The translations under genes and the position numbers were made by a program. The notes beneath the pieces were generated by a model. The model ran no database searches. It was not told where the DNA came from and saw only the letters and a list, made by a program, of their open reading frames with translations. Positions 1 through 12,365 of a stretch of 64,000 nucleotides of DNA are shown one piece after another. The stretch comes from Scyliorhinus canicula. Taxonomy: Eukaryota. Location of the stretch: positions 4,340,001-4,404,000 of the forward strand of contig NC_052168.1 in the NCBI RefSeq assembly GCF_902713615.1, written 5' to 3'. The number at the start of each line of letters is the position of its first letter. Position 1 is the stretch's first letter.

Positions 1-249
1 CCTACCTAGGGACAATTTGGCATCTCCAATCCACCTAGCCTGCACATCCTTGGAAGGAAACCAGAGCACCTGGAGAAAACCCACGCAGACACGGGGAGAA
101 AGTGCAAACTCCACACAGACAGTCAGCCAAAGCTTGATTTTAACCGGGTCCCTGGTGCTGTGAGGCAGCAGTGCTAACCACTGTGCTGCCCAGTTTCAAT
201 TGGAACGGATTGGAGATTCTAGAACTAAAAACTAGGCCTAGACCGTTCA

Positions 250-1288
250 GGAAAGATAACACAGGCTGCAACTCGATGCAGCTTTGACCAGAAAATACTC
301 CAGACATTGAAGTCAGTTCAATGTGATTTATTGAACCATTAGCACAGTTCTCTATGAGTTCGACTCTCCTGCTAATCTGGCTATAGTAACTCAGTCTAAT
401 TAACCAGTCTGCTCTAAGCCACGTGGTGGGTGTGATGCTTCTGATCTGCCCCTGTCCTTCTCTCTAAGTGTCGCCTGTGGAAAGAGACAGAGCATGTGTG
501 CCCTGCCCTTATATATGGGTTGTGTAATGCCCCCTTGTGGTAGTGTCACCTCTGGGTGTTTTGACTGCCCATTGGTCGCGTCCTATTCTATGTGTTCATT
601 AGCTGTATGTCTGCATGTCATGACGTCTCTGGTGCTCCCTCTAGTGTTTACTTAGAACAAAGAACAAAGAAAAGTACAGCACAGGAACAGGCCCTTCGGC
701 CCTCCTAGCGCATGCCGGCCATGCTGCCCGTCAAAACTAAAATCTTCCACACTTCTGGGCTCCGTATCCCTCTATTCCCATCCTATTCATGTATTTATCA
801 AGATGCCCCTTAAACGTCACTATCGTCCCTGCTTCCACCACCTCCTCCGGCAGCGAGTTTCAGGCACCCACTACCCTCTGTGTAAAAAACTTGCATCGTA
901 CATCTCCCCTAAACCTTGCCCCTCGCACCTTAAACCTATGCCCCCTAGTAATTGACCCCTCCACCCTGGGAAAAAGTCTCTGACTATCCACTCTGTCTAT
1001 GCCCCTCATAATTTTGTAGACCTCTATCAGGTCGCCCCTCAACCTCCGTCGTTCCAGTGAGAACAAACCGAGTTTATTCAACCGCTCCTCATAGCTAATG
1101 CCCTCCATACCAGGCAACATCCTGGTAAATCTCTTCTGCACCCTCTCTAAAGCCTCCACATCCTTCTGGTAGTGTGGCGACCAGAATTGAATACTATACT
1201 CCAAGTGTGGCCGAACTAAGGTTCTATACTTAGTCATAGTGTATTTACATTAACCCCTCGTGTATTTACAGTGATGCATATCACCACA
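250..1288 (-). mobile_element. LTR remnant interrupted by a CR1 insertion
   Basis: Minus strand starts TGTGGTGATATGCATCAC; clearly similar to 30255-31134; left boundary approximate. Confidence 0.65.
655..1229 (-). mobile_element. CR1-clade LINE (HER1-type) 3' fragment
   Basis: ORF2 C-terminus YRTLVRPHLEY..QFWSPHY...LERVQKRFTRMLPG...RLRGDLIEVYKIM...TRGH, plus 3'UTR and short-repeat tail. Confidence 0.93.
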
Positions 1289-1904
1289 CGTGGGGCCTTT
1301 AAAATCATGGATGCACAAGAGGCCAGAACTGGAGGAATATTGAAGATAGGGACGGAGGGAAGGCCATGGAGGGATTTGAACACAAAGACGAGACCTTTTA
1401 AGTCCTGGTATTCTGCCTGGAGTCCCAGCACCTCAACCAACATCGCCCAAGCAGGTGTCCTGGTCATTTATTTGATTGTGGGAGGTGCTGGTCACGTTCC
1501 CCGGCACTATAACCGTAAGCACACTTCACAAACGGTGACGACACTGGATGTGAAGACTTTGAGTCACCCAAGAACTGTGAGAGGTTCTATTCAAATTCTT
1601 TCCGATAGCACAGCTGCACCTGTTCCCTTTAATAAACAAGAGGGATTGAAAATGAGGATGACAGTGGAATGGGATGAGGGAAAATACGAGAAAGAACAAA
1701 TGAAGGGAGAAGGAATAGAGCCAGCGAGAGCAATCTTGAGTTCAGAGAATGAAGGCCGGGTGTGAAGCAGGAATGGAATTTCACTGGTCAGGATTGGCTG
1801 ACTGACAGTATATCACATTATTTTTCTCATGTAGATGTTGAGATTAGTGTCTGGGCAGCAATCAGCTGACAAAACCAGTCAGCAGTAACCAAGCTAAACT
1901 GTGA

Positions 1905-2330
1905 GCGGGGAGGAGAGAGTGAGAGACATTGAGAGAGAGAGAGAGGGTGAAAGAGGGTGCGAGACGGAGAGCGAGAGGGTAAGAGGGAGGGAAAGAGGGA
2001 AGGTAGGAGTGTGGAAGGGGGGGGCGTAAAGAGGGAGAAGTGGAGAGGCCGGAGAGAGTGAGAGAATGAGGGAAGAGAGGGGGAAGAGGTGGTGAAGGAG
2101 AGGGAGGGAAGCTGGGGAAAGAAAGGGGGAAAGGAAGAGAGGGAAGAGAGAGGGGGTGGGCAAGGGTGATAAAGGGGGCAGGGTGGAAAAGAAAAGCAAG
2201 GGGGAGGGAGAGAGGGAAGAGGGAGAGAGGGCAAGAAAGAAGGAGAGTGGGTGACAAGGAGAGAGGGAGGATTATGGATAGAGGGAGGGAGAAAACTTTG
2301 AAGGAGAGAGGTGAAGAGGATAAATAGGGA
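1905..2330 (+). repeat. GA-rich polypurine low-complexity tract
   Basis: Almost all purines on the + strand. Confidence 0.9.
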
Positions 2331-3292
2331 GGGTGAGCTAACGACTGGAGCAGCAGCTTACTCTCTCTTTTCACCCTATCAATCCCTCTACCCCGTGGTT
2401 CTCAGCGAGATAATGGATTAGGTGCCTGATTGAAACTCCCTGTTCGATAAACACGGTAATCAGCTACTGCTTTGAATTCAGACAGATGGAAAATAGCGAA
2501 TCTCACTGACATGAGATTGGAATGAACACCCTGAATTTTGTCGCTTGTGTTTCTTCGAGAGGAAAGCGGAAGTGGGTTATTCTGTACGAATTCAGGAAGA
2601 TCACAAGAGTTAATCTGAAGATCGGGTAGACTGAGTAAGATGGAGAGAATCTGCAACACTGGATCAATGTAAGCTCGAGTCAATCATTTCTATTTATCAT
2701 CAATTTCATTTTTTGCCTGACAATTAATCTTTTTTTGATTGCCCTTTGTAATTCTCCCCCTCTGACCTCTTGGCGACCCTTGGCTCCCTGGGCCCTGGGC
2801 GGGTTATTGTTGGTGTGCGCCAGTCCCCTCGATGGCGTGAGCTGGTTGTGCCACGGACTGTCCATAGCTGAGGGGCTCTGAGTGCCATCATAATGCCCCC
2901 ACTGAGACTGGGTAACTCAGTGAAGGCCGGCAACTCCAATTTAATATAAGTCCCCCCCCCACCTCTGCGACCAGTCCCCTCCCTCTCCACTCAATTAGAA
3001 ATGCCAATGTGATGGTCCGTTCTATCTCCATACAGCTGGAGTACAAAATTCTGCTTCTGTTGTACAGAGCAATGTTCAGGCCACAACCGCACTAACTATT
3101 CATTCATTCGGGAGTCAGGTGTCTCAGGGCCTGGGGAGGGGGGAACGGCTGCAGCACAGATACACTCGAATAATATCGGGGGCTTAAAGAGTTCAATTGT
3201 ATGGCTTAAAGTTGGCTTGAGTTGCCCTGAGTTTGCTAAACTACATTAGCCAACCAGATGCGTTTTTATGGCAATCAGGACTGTAATTCCAG

Positions 3293-3981
3293 GGGAGGGA
3301 TTCTCTGATCCTGAGGCTAAGTGTTCACGCCGTCGTAAACGCTGTCCCGTTTCGCGGCAGCGTCAACATGGCCTCAGGAGCAGCGATTCTGACCCCTACA
3401 GGGGGCCAGCACGGCGCTGGAGCGGCCCACGCCGCTCCAGCTGCCGAAGCCGGCGACAGATGGGCGCTGCGGGTCTGCGCATGCGCAGTGCGACCTGCGT
3501 CAATGCGCGCCTGCGCAGTGGCTCCCTTCTCCGTGCCGGCCCCCGACGCAACATGGTGTAGGGCTACAGGGGTCAGCGCGGAGGTAAAGAGGCCCCCAGC
3601 TCGAGAGGCCGGCCCACCGATCGGTAGGCCCCGATCGTGGGCCAGGCCACAGCGGAGGAGCCCCCCCCCCCCCCCCCCAGGGGTCAGACTCCCCTCCTTC
3701 CCCACCAGGCCGCCCCCGGATGGATGCATGCCGAGGTCCCGCCGGGTAAGACCACATGTGGACAGCGCCGGCGGGACGCGGATTCTTTGTGCGGCTGCTC
3801 GGCACATCTTGGGCGGAGAATCACCGGGGGGGGGGGGGGGCCGCGTAGATTGGCTCCCGACCGGTGCCACGCCGACGGCGCCTATTCTCCGGAGAATCGG
3901 CAGATTGGTGTCGTGGGGGGCCGTCGCGCGATTCGCGCCCGGCGATTCTCCGGCCCGTCGGGGGCTGAGAGAACCCCGCCC
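3293..3981. mobile_element. GC-rich non-autonomous TIR element (MITE-like, possibly PIF/Harbinger)
   Basis: TIRs GGGAGGGATTCTCT / AGAGAACCCCGCCC, 3-bp TSD CAG (3290-3292, 3982-3984), inserted in a SINE remnant. Confidence 0.75.
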
Positions 3982-5253
3982 CAGATTTGTAACGTTTTGT
4001 TCAAATTCCACCATCTGCCGCGGTGGGATTCGAACCTGGGTCGCCGGGGTTTTACTCTGGATTACTCATCTAGTGATAATCCGCCACCCCCCTCCCCACT
4101 TCCACTCCTGTGAATCCCTCCCTCCTTTTACTCCACCACTGATGGCCCTGTCTCTCCCAACCCTCCTTTCAAAAATGCCCCCTTGGGCTGAGCTTTCTCG
4201 AACCTTTCTTTTATTCTTTGGCACAGTACCCATTCTGTGGGCTGTGGGATGTTTCGAAGATATCACATCAATGGAAGCTGCTGCCGTCATCAATAATACC
4301 AGCTCCCTCCCGCTTTCACGTTCATCAGAGGTCAAGTGTAGCATTGGAGGACATTGGAGGCTGCAGGGTATTCGGGCTCCGGGCAGAGTAGCACCCTGGC
4401 ACTCCTGCTGGCACCTTGGTACCTGGGCACCCAGGGTGCCTGGGTAGCAGTGCCACAGGGCTGGTTTAGCTCAATGGGCTAAATCGCTGGCTTTTCAAGC
4501 AGACCAAGGCAGGCCAGCAGCACGGTTCGATTCCCGTACCAGCCTCCCCGAACAGGCGCCGGAATGTGGCGACTAGGGGCTTTTCACAGTAACTTCATTT
4601 GAAGCCTACTCGTGACAATAACCGATTTTCATTTTCGTTTTTCTTTTCCCAAGGTGCCCGGGTTCAAGGTTGCCCATGCCAGGCGTAGGACCCAAGGTGC
4701 TTTGCCCTTAAAAGGTGAGGTTTGGTTGGGGAGGGGGGCAGTTCAAGGACCCTGAAAGAGGTAGGCTGGGTGAATTGGGGGTGTCCGAGTCCGCGGTGGG
4801 GTTGCTGAGGAGGGGGGGGGGGGGTATCGATAGATCGGGGCTGCCTTTACAAATGGCCCCTGATGGACGAGTGGTCTTCGCGGCTTTTGAGCTGAAATTG
4901 CCAGTGCAGGAAATGACTAAAGTGCGGGCTTGACGGGATGTTCCTCAACCAGGCCAAGCCGAGAAACAGCCCCCTCAATATGCCCAAAAGCGGGCTCTGT
5001 TTCTCCCCCCATTGAATCGCTCCCATTGGCCTATAGATAAATCGATTAACTAACAGCAAAAACATTGCCTCTGCCCAATTCTAGAGCGAGATGTAAAAAT
5101 CTCCTAACTCTGGGCAGCAACACCTGAGCTCATGCCCTCATTCCCATTTTACCCGATGTCCACAAGGGGTGACTTCCTGGCCCGTCGGTTCGGAGTCCCA
5201 TTTTCAGCCCCGGCTCCCACGGTTGCAGTCTCGTCACATACAGCTCTGTCACT

Positions 5254-6423
5254 TGTCATAATATACACCAGTATATCATGGTGCAGACACATACTGATGG
5301 ATATACACTAGGACCAATCAACATGCACAAACACCGCAGCCAATCACCAGTTAGAACACACGCAGTATAAAGGCAGAGGGCATCATTTTCCCGCTCGTTC
5401 TGGATGCTGCCTGTCAGAAGCAGGAGAGCTCATCAAGGAGGAGATTCACTAGGTTAATCCCAGAGCTGAAGGGGTTGGATTATGAGGAGAGGTTGAGTAG
5501 ACTGGGACTGTACTCATTGGAATTTAGAAGGATGAGGGGGGATCTTATAGAAACATTTAAAATTATGAAGGGAACAGATAGGATAGATGCGGGCAGGTTG
5601 TTTCCACTGGCGGGTGACAGCAGAACTAGGGGGCATAGCCTCAAAATAAGGGGAAGTAGATTTAGGACTGAGTTTAGGAGGAACTTCTTCACCCAAAGGG
5701 TTGTGAATCTATGGAATTCCTTGCCCAGTGAAGCAGTTGAGGCTCCTTCATTACATGTTTTTAAGGTAAAGATAGATAGTTTTTTGAAGAATAAAGGGAT
5801 TAAGGGTTATGGTGTTCGGGCCGGAAAGTGGAGCTGAGTCCACAAAAGATCAGCCATGATCTAATTGAATGGCGGAGCAGGCTCGAGGGGCCAGATGGTC
5901 TACTCCTGCTCCTAGTTCTTATGTTCTTATGTTAAGTACAGTACAGACTCACACCACGTGCTAAGAGATTCAACTGGTTCAGACAGGCACATGTCTCTAG
6001 TTAATCTAGCATCGTGTAAACCCACAGTTATAGTATGTCTATTATTTTATAAGTAGTTAATAAAATAGTGTTGGACCTTCTTCAGTGTTGGTGGCATATG
6101 TCTGCTTCACAAGTCCACAGTGCCCAACACTTCATGGTACCAGTAGTTGAGGGGTTAGTACTTCTGAGACCTACCTACCAGTGATCAGCAGTCTTTAGCC
6201 ATCCTGCAGAATGGACACCGCTCCCCTGCCGCCGCCCCTCCGCATTACCGGAAACCTGGGCTCCAATTGGAAGATTTTTAAACAGTGCTTCCAGCTGTAC
6301 CTCGAGGCCATGGACCTGGAAGCTGCCTCGGACGCACGGAAGATTGCTCTCTTCCTCTCCACAGCCGGGGTCCATGCCCTCCACATCTTTAACTCGCTCA
6401 CCTTCGCTGACAGGGAGGAGAAA
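5254..6423 (+). mobile_element. 3'-truncated Gypsy-type LTR retrotransposon (5' LTR, PBS, start of gag) with nested CR1
   Basis: TGTCA...TTCA LTR (5254-6134) with TATAAA and AATAAA, followed directly by PBS TGGTACCAG and a gag-like ORF from 6211 (GNLGSNWKIFKQCFQLYLEA...KIALFLSTAG); flanked by a 30-bp direct repeat. Confidence 0.85.
5437..5933 (+). mobile_element. CR1-clade LINE 3' fragment nested in the LTR
   Basis: YEERLSRLGLYSLEFRRMRGDLIETFKIM...FFTQRVVNLWNSLP and (TTCTTATG)n tail. Confidence 0.93.
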
Positions 6424-6904
6424 TGCAGTCTCGTCACATACAGCTCTGTCACTCAGAGAGGCTCAGGGAGGCTCAGCGTTCAATCCCATGGCATTTCACA
6501 TGCTTGCGAATCCCATGGTCATTTAACAGGATCATTTAAATATTGATCGTTACTTTCTTCACGTAACATTTCCACTGAAGTTATTCATCAGCAGGCCACT
6601 AAGATACAATCAAGGGTTATTTCTTATTTATGAGACACTTCAAGTGCTCTGAGAGAAGGAAGACTTGCAACAACACACTTGGTTAAGTTTCATGTGATGT
6701 GAACTTTGAAAGCACAGTCAGGCCACGGCTATTGAGATTCATGGACACACAGCATGAGATGTCCCTTTGTCTCGTTTAATTCCTGCCCCTCAGTGGAATT
6801 AAACGATTATTAAACTCCTTATTTCCATGACTGCCGGTGATAAAAGAGGGCGCCAGCAACTTTCCAAACTTTACACACATCTGCCTTCTCCGATCATAGC
6901 AAAA

Positions 6905-7250
6905 CAGCAGCACGGTAGCATTGTGGATAGCACAATTGCTTCATAGCACCAGGGTCCCAGGTTCGATTCCCGGCTTGGGTCACTGTCTGGGAGAAGTTTG
7001 CACATCCTCCCCGTGTGTGCGTGGGTTTCCTCCAGGTGCTCCGGTTTCCTCCCACAGTCCAAAGATGTGCAGGTTAGGTGGATTGGCCGTGCTAAATCGC
7101 CCTTAGTGTCCAAAATTGCCCTTAGTGTTGGGTGGGGTTACTGGGTTTTGGGGATGGGTGGAGGTGCTGACCTTGGGTCGGGTGCTCTTTCCAAGAGCCG
7201 GTGCAGACTCGATGGGCCGAATGGCCTCCTTCTACAATGTAAATTCTATG
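6905..7250 (+). mobile_element. HE1-type tRNA-derived V-SINE, full length (representative; about 30 copies or fragments in the window)
   Basis: tRNA-like head with B box GGTTCGATTCC, central GGATTGGCCGTGCTAAAT domain and CR1-derived tail. Other copies at about 1-191(-), 10590-10790, 16835-17045, 18495-18830, 19785-20000, 20172-20495(-), 30704-30935, 33028-33370, 34984-35298, 39545-39760(-), 40545-40900(-), 44692-45045, 49490-49780(-), 51735-51952(-), 53810-54000(-), 55100-55338(-), 55452-55792, 55905-56250(-), 58682-58900(-), 59416-59605, 60510-60822(-), 61794-62105. Confidence 0.9.
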
Positions 7251-7444
7251 AAAAGCTCTTTCAGAGACAGAGAGGGCACAGGGGCAAGGGGAAGAATGGT
7301 GAAGAGGGAGGAAAATAGGACAAACGAAAAAAAAAGAAAAAAAAAAGAAAATCGCTTGTCGTCACAAGTAGGCTTCAAATGAAGTTACTGTGAAAAGCCC
7401 CTAGTCGCCACATTCAGCGCCTGTTCGGGGATGTTGGTATGGCA

Positions 7445-8192
7445 ACCCCTGTACTTAACCCCGTGCTGTACCTGTCCTTTGAGTGTTTGATGGGGACAGT
7501 GTAGAGGGAGCTTTACTCTGTATCTAACCCCATGCTGTACCTGTTCTGGGAGTGTTTGATGGGGACAGTGGAGAGGGAGCTTTACTCTGTATCTAACCCC
7601 GTGATGTACCTGTCCTGGGAGTGTTTGATGGGGACAGTGTAGAGAGAGCTTTACTCTGTATCTAACCCTGTGCTGTACCTGTCCTGGGAGTGTTTGATGG
7701 GGACCGTGCAGAGAGAGCTTTACTCTGTATCTAACCCCGTGCTGTACCTGTCCTGGGAGTGTTTGATGGGGACAGTGCAGAGGGAGGTTTACTCTGTATC
7801 TAACCCCGTGCTGTACCTGTCCTGGGAGTGTTTGATGGGGACAGTGTAGAGGGAGCTTTACTCTGTACTTAACCCCGTGCTGTATCTGTCCTGGGAATGT
7901 TTGATGGGGACAGTGTAGAGGGAGCTTTACTCTGTATCTAACCCCGTGCTGTACCTGTCCTGGGAATGTTTGATAGGGACAGTGTAGAGGGAGCTTTACT
8001 CTGTATCTAACCCCGTGCTGTACCTGTCCTGGGTGTTTGATGGGGACAGTGTAGAGGGAGCTTTACTCTGTATCTAACCCTGTGCTGTACCTGTCCTGGG
8101 AGTGTTTGATGGGGACAGTGTAGAGGGAGCTTTACTCTGTATCTAACCCCGGGCTGTACCTGTCCTGGGAGTGTTTGATGGGGACAGTGCAG
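7445..8192. repeat. 69-bp minisatellite, about 11 copies
   Basis: Unit gtacctgtcctgggagtgtttgatggggacagtgtagagggagctttactctgtatctaaccccgtgct. Confidence 0.97.
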
Positions 8193-9340
8193 AGGCTGAA
8201 TATGAAAGGATTTATTACCATTTCCAACTTTCCTCACATTGATAATGAGGATTGAAAATGCACTTCTTATAAATCAGAGAATGAAAATTGAATCTCCATT
8301 TTCTGTTGTACCTTTCTTGTGTCGATGTTAATATGAATTTTTATTCCAAAGATATGAACACAGAGCCCATTATCTCCATTCATTCGAGTGACAGGTCAGA
8401 GATGGATCCTACAAGCAGCTTAAGGAAATCTTTGTACAATGCAACAGAGTGCAACGATTGTAATTAATTGTGCACAGTCTCTCTTTCTAAAGAGTAAGGT
8501 TTATGCAGTTATTTAAATGAATAAACAGCTCTCTATGATACCCTGAACTTGATGGTCTGACTTACTGCAACAAATCTTTCTTTCAACTAATGCAGATTTT
8601 GTCTTCAATTAATATTGGCTTCATCAACAATCTGTATTTAAGATATGTGTCATTTTGTTTCCTCCTTCCTTGTAAAACAACCACACCCCTCTCCCACAAT
8701 GAGTTATTCAGAAATGGTTGGTCAAATGCCAATGTTCTTCATAAGTCTTCAGTCTTGGGCAACAACCTGCAGCAGATTAATACATTGGACATTCTGAATT
8801 CTCCCTCTGTGTACCCGAACAGGCGCTGGAGTGTGGCGACTAGGGGCATTTCACAGTAACTTCATTGCGGTGTTAATGTAAGCCTACTTGTGACACTAAT
8901 AAATATTATTATTTCAGATTATTATTATTATGGCCTCCTCCCAGAATGTGGGTCTCTGATCTTCATAGAGTCAATCAGCAAATTATGGCTGGGGGCAGCA
9001 GCAGATTCACAGCAGAACTGTGGACTTGCTTTTTTCATCTTAATCTTCTCCCGAAATTGTTCCAACTTAGTGTGGACAAGGAAGCTCAAGGATCCCAACT
9101 GAGCATGTGAGCCAAGCAGCCACTATCACCAGGCTGGCACACTACTGGGGCCATCACAGCCCAACTCCAAAGCACCCTTCATCCCAACACCACCTACAAG
9201 ATGTAGAATTGCCATGGCAGGTCTTGTGGTGGGTAGCGTCTGTGCCTCTGAACCGTAACTCCAGGTGCAAGCTCAGCGCCAAGGGAGGATGTTTCCAATT
9301 GTCGGGAAGACTAGAACCAGGAGACCCAGTTTTAAAATAA

Positions 9341-9611
9341 GGGGGTGGGATTCTCCCTCCCAAAGGGGGTGGGATTCTCCCTCCCAAGGGGGTGGGATTC
9401 TCCCTCCCAAGGGGGTGGGATCTCCCTCCCAAGGGGGTGGGATTCTCCCTCCCAAGGGTGTGGGATTCTCCCTCCCAAGGGGGTGGGATCTCCCTCCCAA
9501 GGGGGTGGGATTCTCCCTCCCAAGGGGGTGGGATTCTCCCTCCCAAGGGGGTGGGATTCTCCCTCCCAAGGGGGTGGGATCTCCCTCCCAAGGGGGTGGG
9601 ATTCTCCCTCC
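9341..9611. repeat. 21-24-bp minisatellite (GGGGGTGGGATTCTCCCTCCCAA), about 12 copies
   Basis: Directly visible tandem units with length variants. Confidence 0.95.
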
Positions 9612-9782
9612 CGCCGCCCCGTTGTCCTGAACGGCGTGCCCCGCCGTCAGCAGGATTCTCCGTCCCCCCCAGCCGTCCACGGGGGTTTCCCATTATGGGC
9701 ACCCCCCACGCTGTCAGTAAATCCACGGACGTGAGCGCGATGGCGGCGCAACGGAGAATATCGACAGTGCGGAATCCAGCCC
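9343..9782. mobile_element. TIR element of the same family with tandemly amplified left end
   Basis: Starts GGGTGGGATTCTCC, ends GGAATCCAGCCC. Confidence 0.65.
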
Positions 9783-10062
9783 AAGGTTTTCCCTCTAAGA
9801 CTGGAAATGAAGATAATAATTTTCTCTCGGAGTCGTTATTATGCGGCATTAACAGCGGGGGCCGAATCATTGATTATATTCAAGGCTGAGTTACACAGAT
9901 TGTATTTATCGATTAGGGGGTCAAGGGTTACGGGGACAGGCATCAGCATGATCGGTAACACAGTGGCTAGCACTGTGGCTTCACAGCGCCAGGGTCCCAG
10001 GTTCGATTCCCGGCTTGGGTCACTGTCTGTACGGAGTCTGCACGCTCTCCCCGTGTCTGCGT

Positions 10063-10348
10063 GGAGAGGGGGGGAGAGAGAGGGTGAGAGGGGGGGGACA
10101 GAGAGACGGAGAGAGTGGAGGAGAGAGATGGGAGGGACAGAGGGGAGGGAGAGAGGGGAGAGAGAGAGAGAGGGAGAAAGAGAGGGGGGTAGAGAGAGGA
10201 GGATGAGAGAGGGTGGGAGAGCGAGGGAGAAAGAGAGAGAGAAGAAGAGGGAAACAGGGGGAGGGGGAGAGGGATAGAAAGAGAGGGAGAGAGACAGGGA
10301 GAGGGAGAAAGAGGGAGAGGTAAAGAGAGGGAAAGAGAGAGAGAGAGA
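10063..10348 (+). repeat. GA-rich polypurine low-complexity tract
   Basis: Degenerate (GA)n directly after a truncated SINE head. Confidence 0.9.
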
Positions 10349-11343
10349 ATGGCCATGGTTACCTATACAGGACTAGCTGCCTCACATCAGCTGATAGAAG
10401 ATGGTCCATGGAGGAAATGCTCACCTCACAATCTATGAGGACATTAAGCAGTCCGTGATTCCTCCCATTACTTCACACTGTTCTCCAGGGGAAGAGCATG
10501 AGGAGAAAATATCCATCATCTACCAATTGACAAGAGTAGCTGCTGACGTGTGGTACGGCCTTTTTCGAGGAGAGGTTGAAAGTGATCAGGGTTCACGGCG
10601 CCGAGGACCCGGGTTCGAATCCCGGCCACTGTCCGTGGGTCACTGCCCGTGTGGAGTTTGCACATTCTCCCTGTGTCTGTGTGGGTCTCACCCCCACAAC
10701 CCAAAGATGTGCAGGATAGGTGGATTGGCCGTGCTAAATTGTCCCTTAATTAGAAACAATTAACTGGGTACTCTAAATCTGTTTTTAAAAAAAGAGCGAT
10801 CAGGGCATGAAGCCATTGCATTCTCATCCAACTGCATTTTGGCTTTACTAAATTCTGATGCAACTGAATCATTCTTAGATGAACAGTGAGGTACACAGAA
10901 TTTTTTTAATTAATTAATTTATTTGTTCATGGGACATGGGCTTCACAGGCTGGGCCAACATTTATTGCCCGTCCCTAGTTGCCCTTGAGGGGAGAGTTAA
11001 GAGTCAACCACATTGACTGTGGGTCTGGAGTCACATGTAGGCCAGACCAGGTAAGGACGGCAGATTTCCCTCCCTGAAGGACATTAGTGAACCAGATGGG
11101 TTTTCACCACAATCGACAATGGTTTCATGGTCACCGTTAGACTTTTAATTCCAGAGATTTTATTGAGTTTAAATTCCACCACCTGCCGTGGTGGGATTCG
11201 AACCCAGATCCCCGGAGCATTACCCTGGGTGCCTGGATTACTAGTCCAGCGACAATACCACGACAGCCTCTCCAATAGCCGATCCCCACTTCAACATTTA
11301 TATATCTATAGAACTGTCATTGAATTCAAATGGTAACAATAAT

Positions 11344-11925
11344 GGGCGGGATTCTCCCGCAATTGGCGGGGTGGCCCATACCCGCGTGAAGAGCGGAGCC
11401 AACCACTCCGGGGTCGGGCCTCCCGGAGGTTGCGGAGTCCTCCGCACTTCCGGGGGCTAGGCCAGCGCTGATGGGGTTGGCACCACGCCAACCGGCGCCG
11501 AAGGGCTGGCGCGGGCCGGCGCGAGTTGCCACATGCACAGGACTGCTGCCGTGTTCTGGTGCATGCGCAGAACCGCCGGCGTGTTTCCTGCCCATGCGCA
11601 GGGGAATTCTTCTCCCCGCCGGCCATGGCGGAGCTTTACAGAGGCTGGCGCGGAGGGAAAGATTGCCCCCACAGCACAGGTCCGCCATCGGATCGGTGGG
11701 CCCCGATCGCGGGCCAGATCCCCCCCCACTGCCACGAGGACTCCGTAAACTGCCCTCCAAACCAGGTCTCGCCGGGATGGGCTGTGTCTATTTCACGCCG
11801 GCGGGGCTGGCCGAAAAACAGGTGGCCGCTCGGCCCATCGGGGCCCGGAGAATTGCCGGGGGGGGGGGGGCCGCCGCCATCGATCCCTGCCCCTGCCTGA
11901 AAACCGGCGCCGGAGAACACGGCTC
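11344..11925. mobile_element. GC-rich TIR element
   Basis: GGGCGGGATTCTCC ... GGAGAACACGGCTC; internal CATGCGCA and CCGATCG motifs shared with 3293-3981. Confidence 0.7.
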
Positions 11926-12131
11926 TCACAGTCAATGTTGTGGACAATCAGCACTCACCTCACTTCACTCATCCTTGCTTTGCGTGCGAATCATTTCAGT
12001 CATACTGGTCGGAAAAAAACTACATAGACAGAAATCAGCGGAATGTGACAACCCTGTATGCGGGCAACGGTCGAGAAGACGTCTCAGGGATGGCACCGAG
12101 AAGCCAGAGTGCAGTGATATCATGCTTGTGT

Positions 12132-12365
12132 TGTAATTCACCGACTGACCACCAGGAGCCTCATTAGTATATAAGTGAATGTTAGAGTCAGGTGACCTCA
12201 GACTGATTAGGGAGCTGGGAGAGAGATTGCTTGTGCATATTCATACCATTATTCAATTGTTGTTTTGTATATATTTGACCCACAGTTAATGTTAATAAAT
12301 TGTTTATAGTTCTAGCTACAAGTGTTCTTGTAATATAAATCAGGCCATTCGATAAGAATATTACA
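12132..12365 (+). mobile_element. Possible short LTR remnant
   Basis: TGTAAT...ATTACA terminal inverted repeats with internal TATATAA and AATAAA; no TSD seen. Confidence 0.4.

Noticed and set aside
1827-2374. Pro/Ser/Leu-rich ORFs
   Set aside because: Translations of a polypurine/polypyrimidine low-complexity tract.
3268-4447. Long overlapping Pro/Gly/Arg-rich ORFs (also 11300-12130, 13070-13820, 36660-37480, 57970-58430)
   Set aside because: They lie in GC-rich TIR elements where stops are rare; no recognisable domains.
6905-6980. tRNA genes at GGTTCGATTCC motifs
   Set aside because: These are SINE heads continuing into SINE body sequence, not complete tRNA genes.
7445-8192. CRISPR-like periodicity (also 28561-28955)
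   Set aside because: Head-to-tail units with no unique spacers, no cas genes, vertebrate context.
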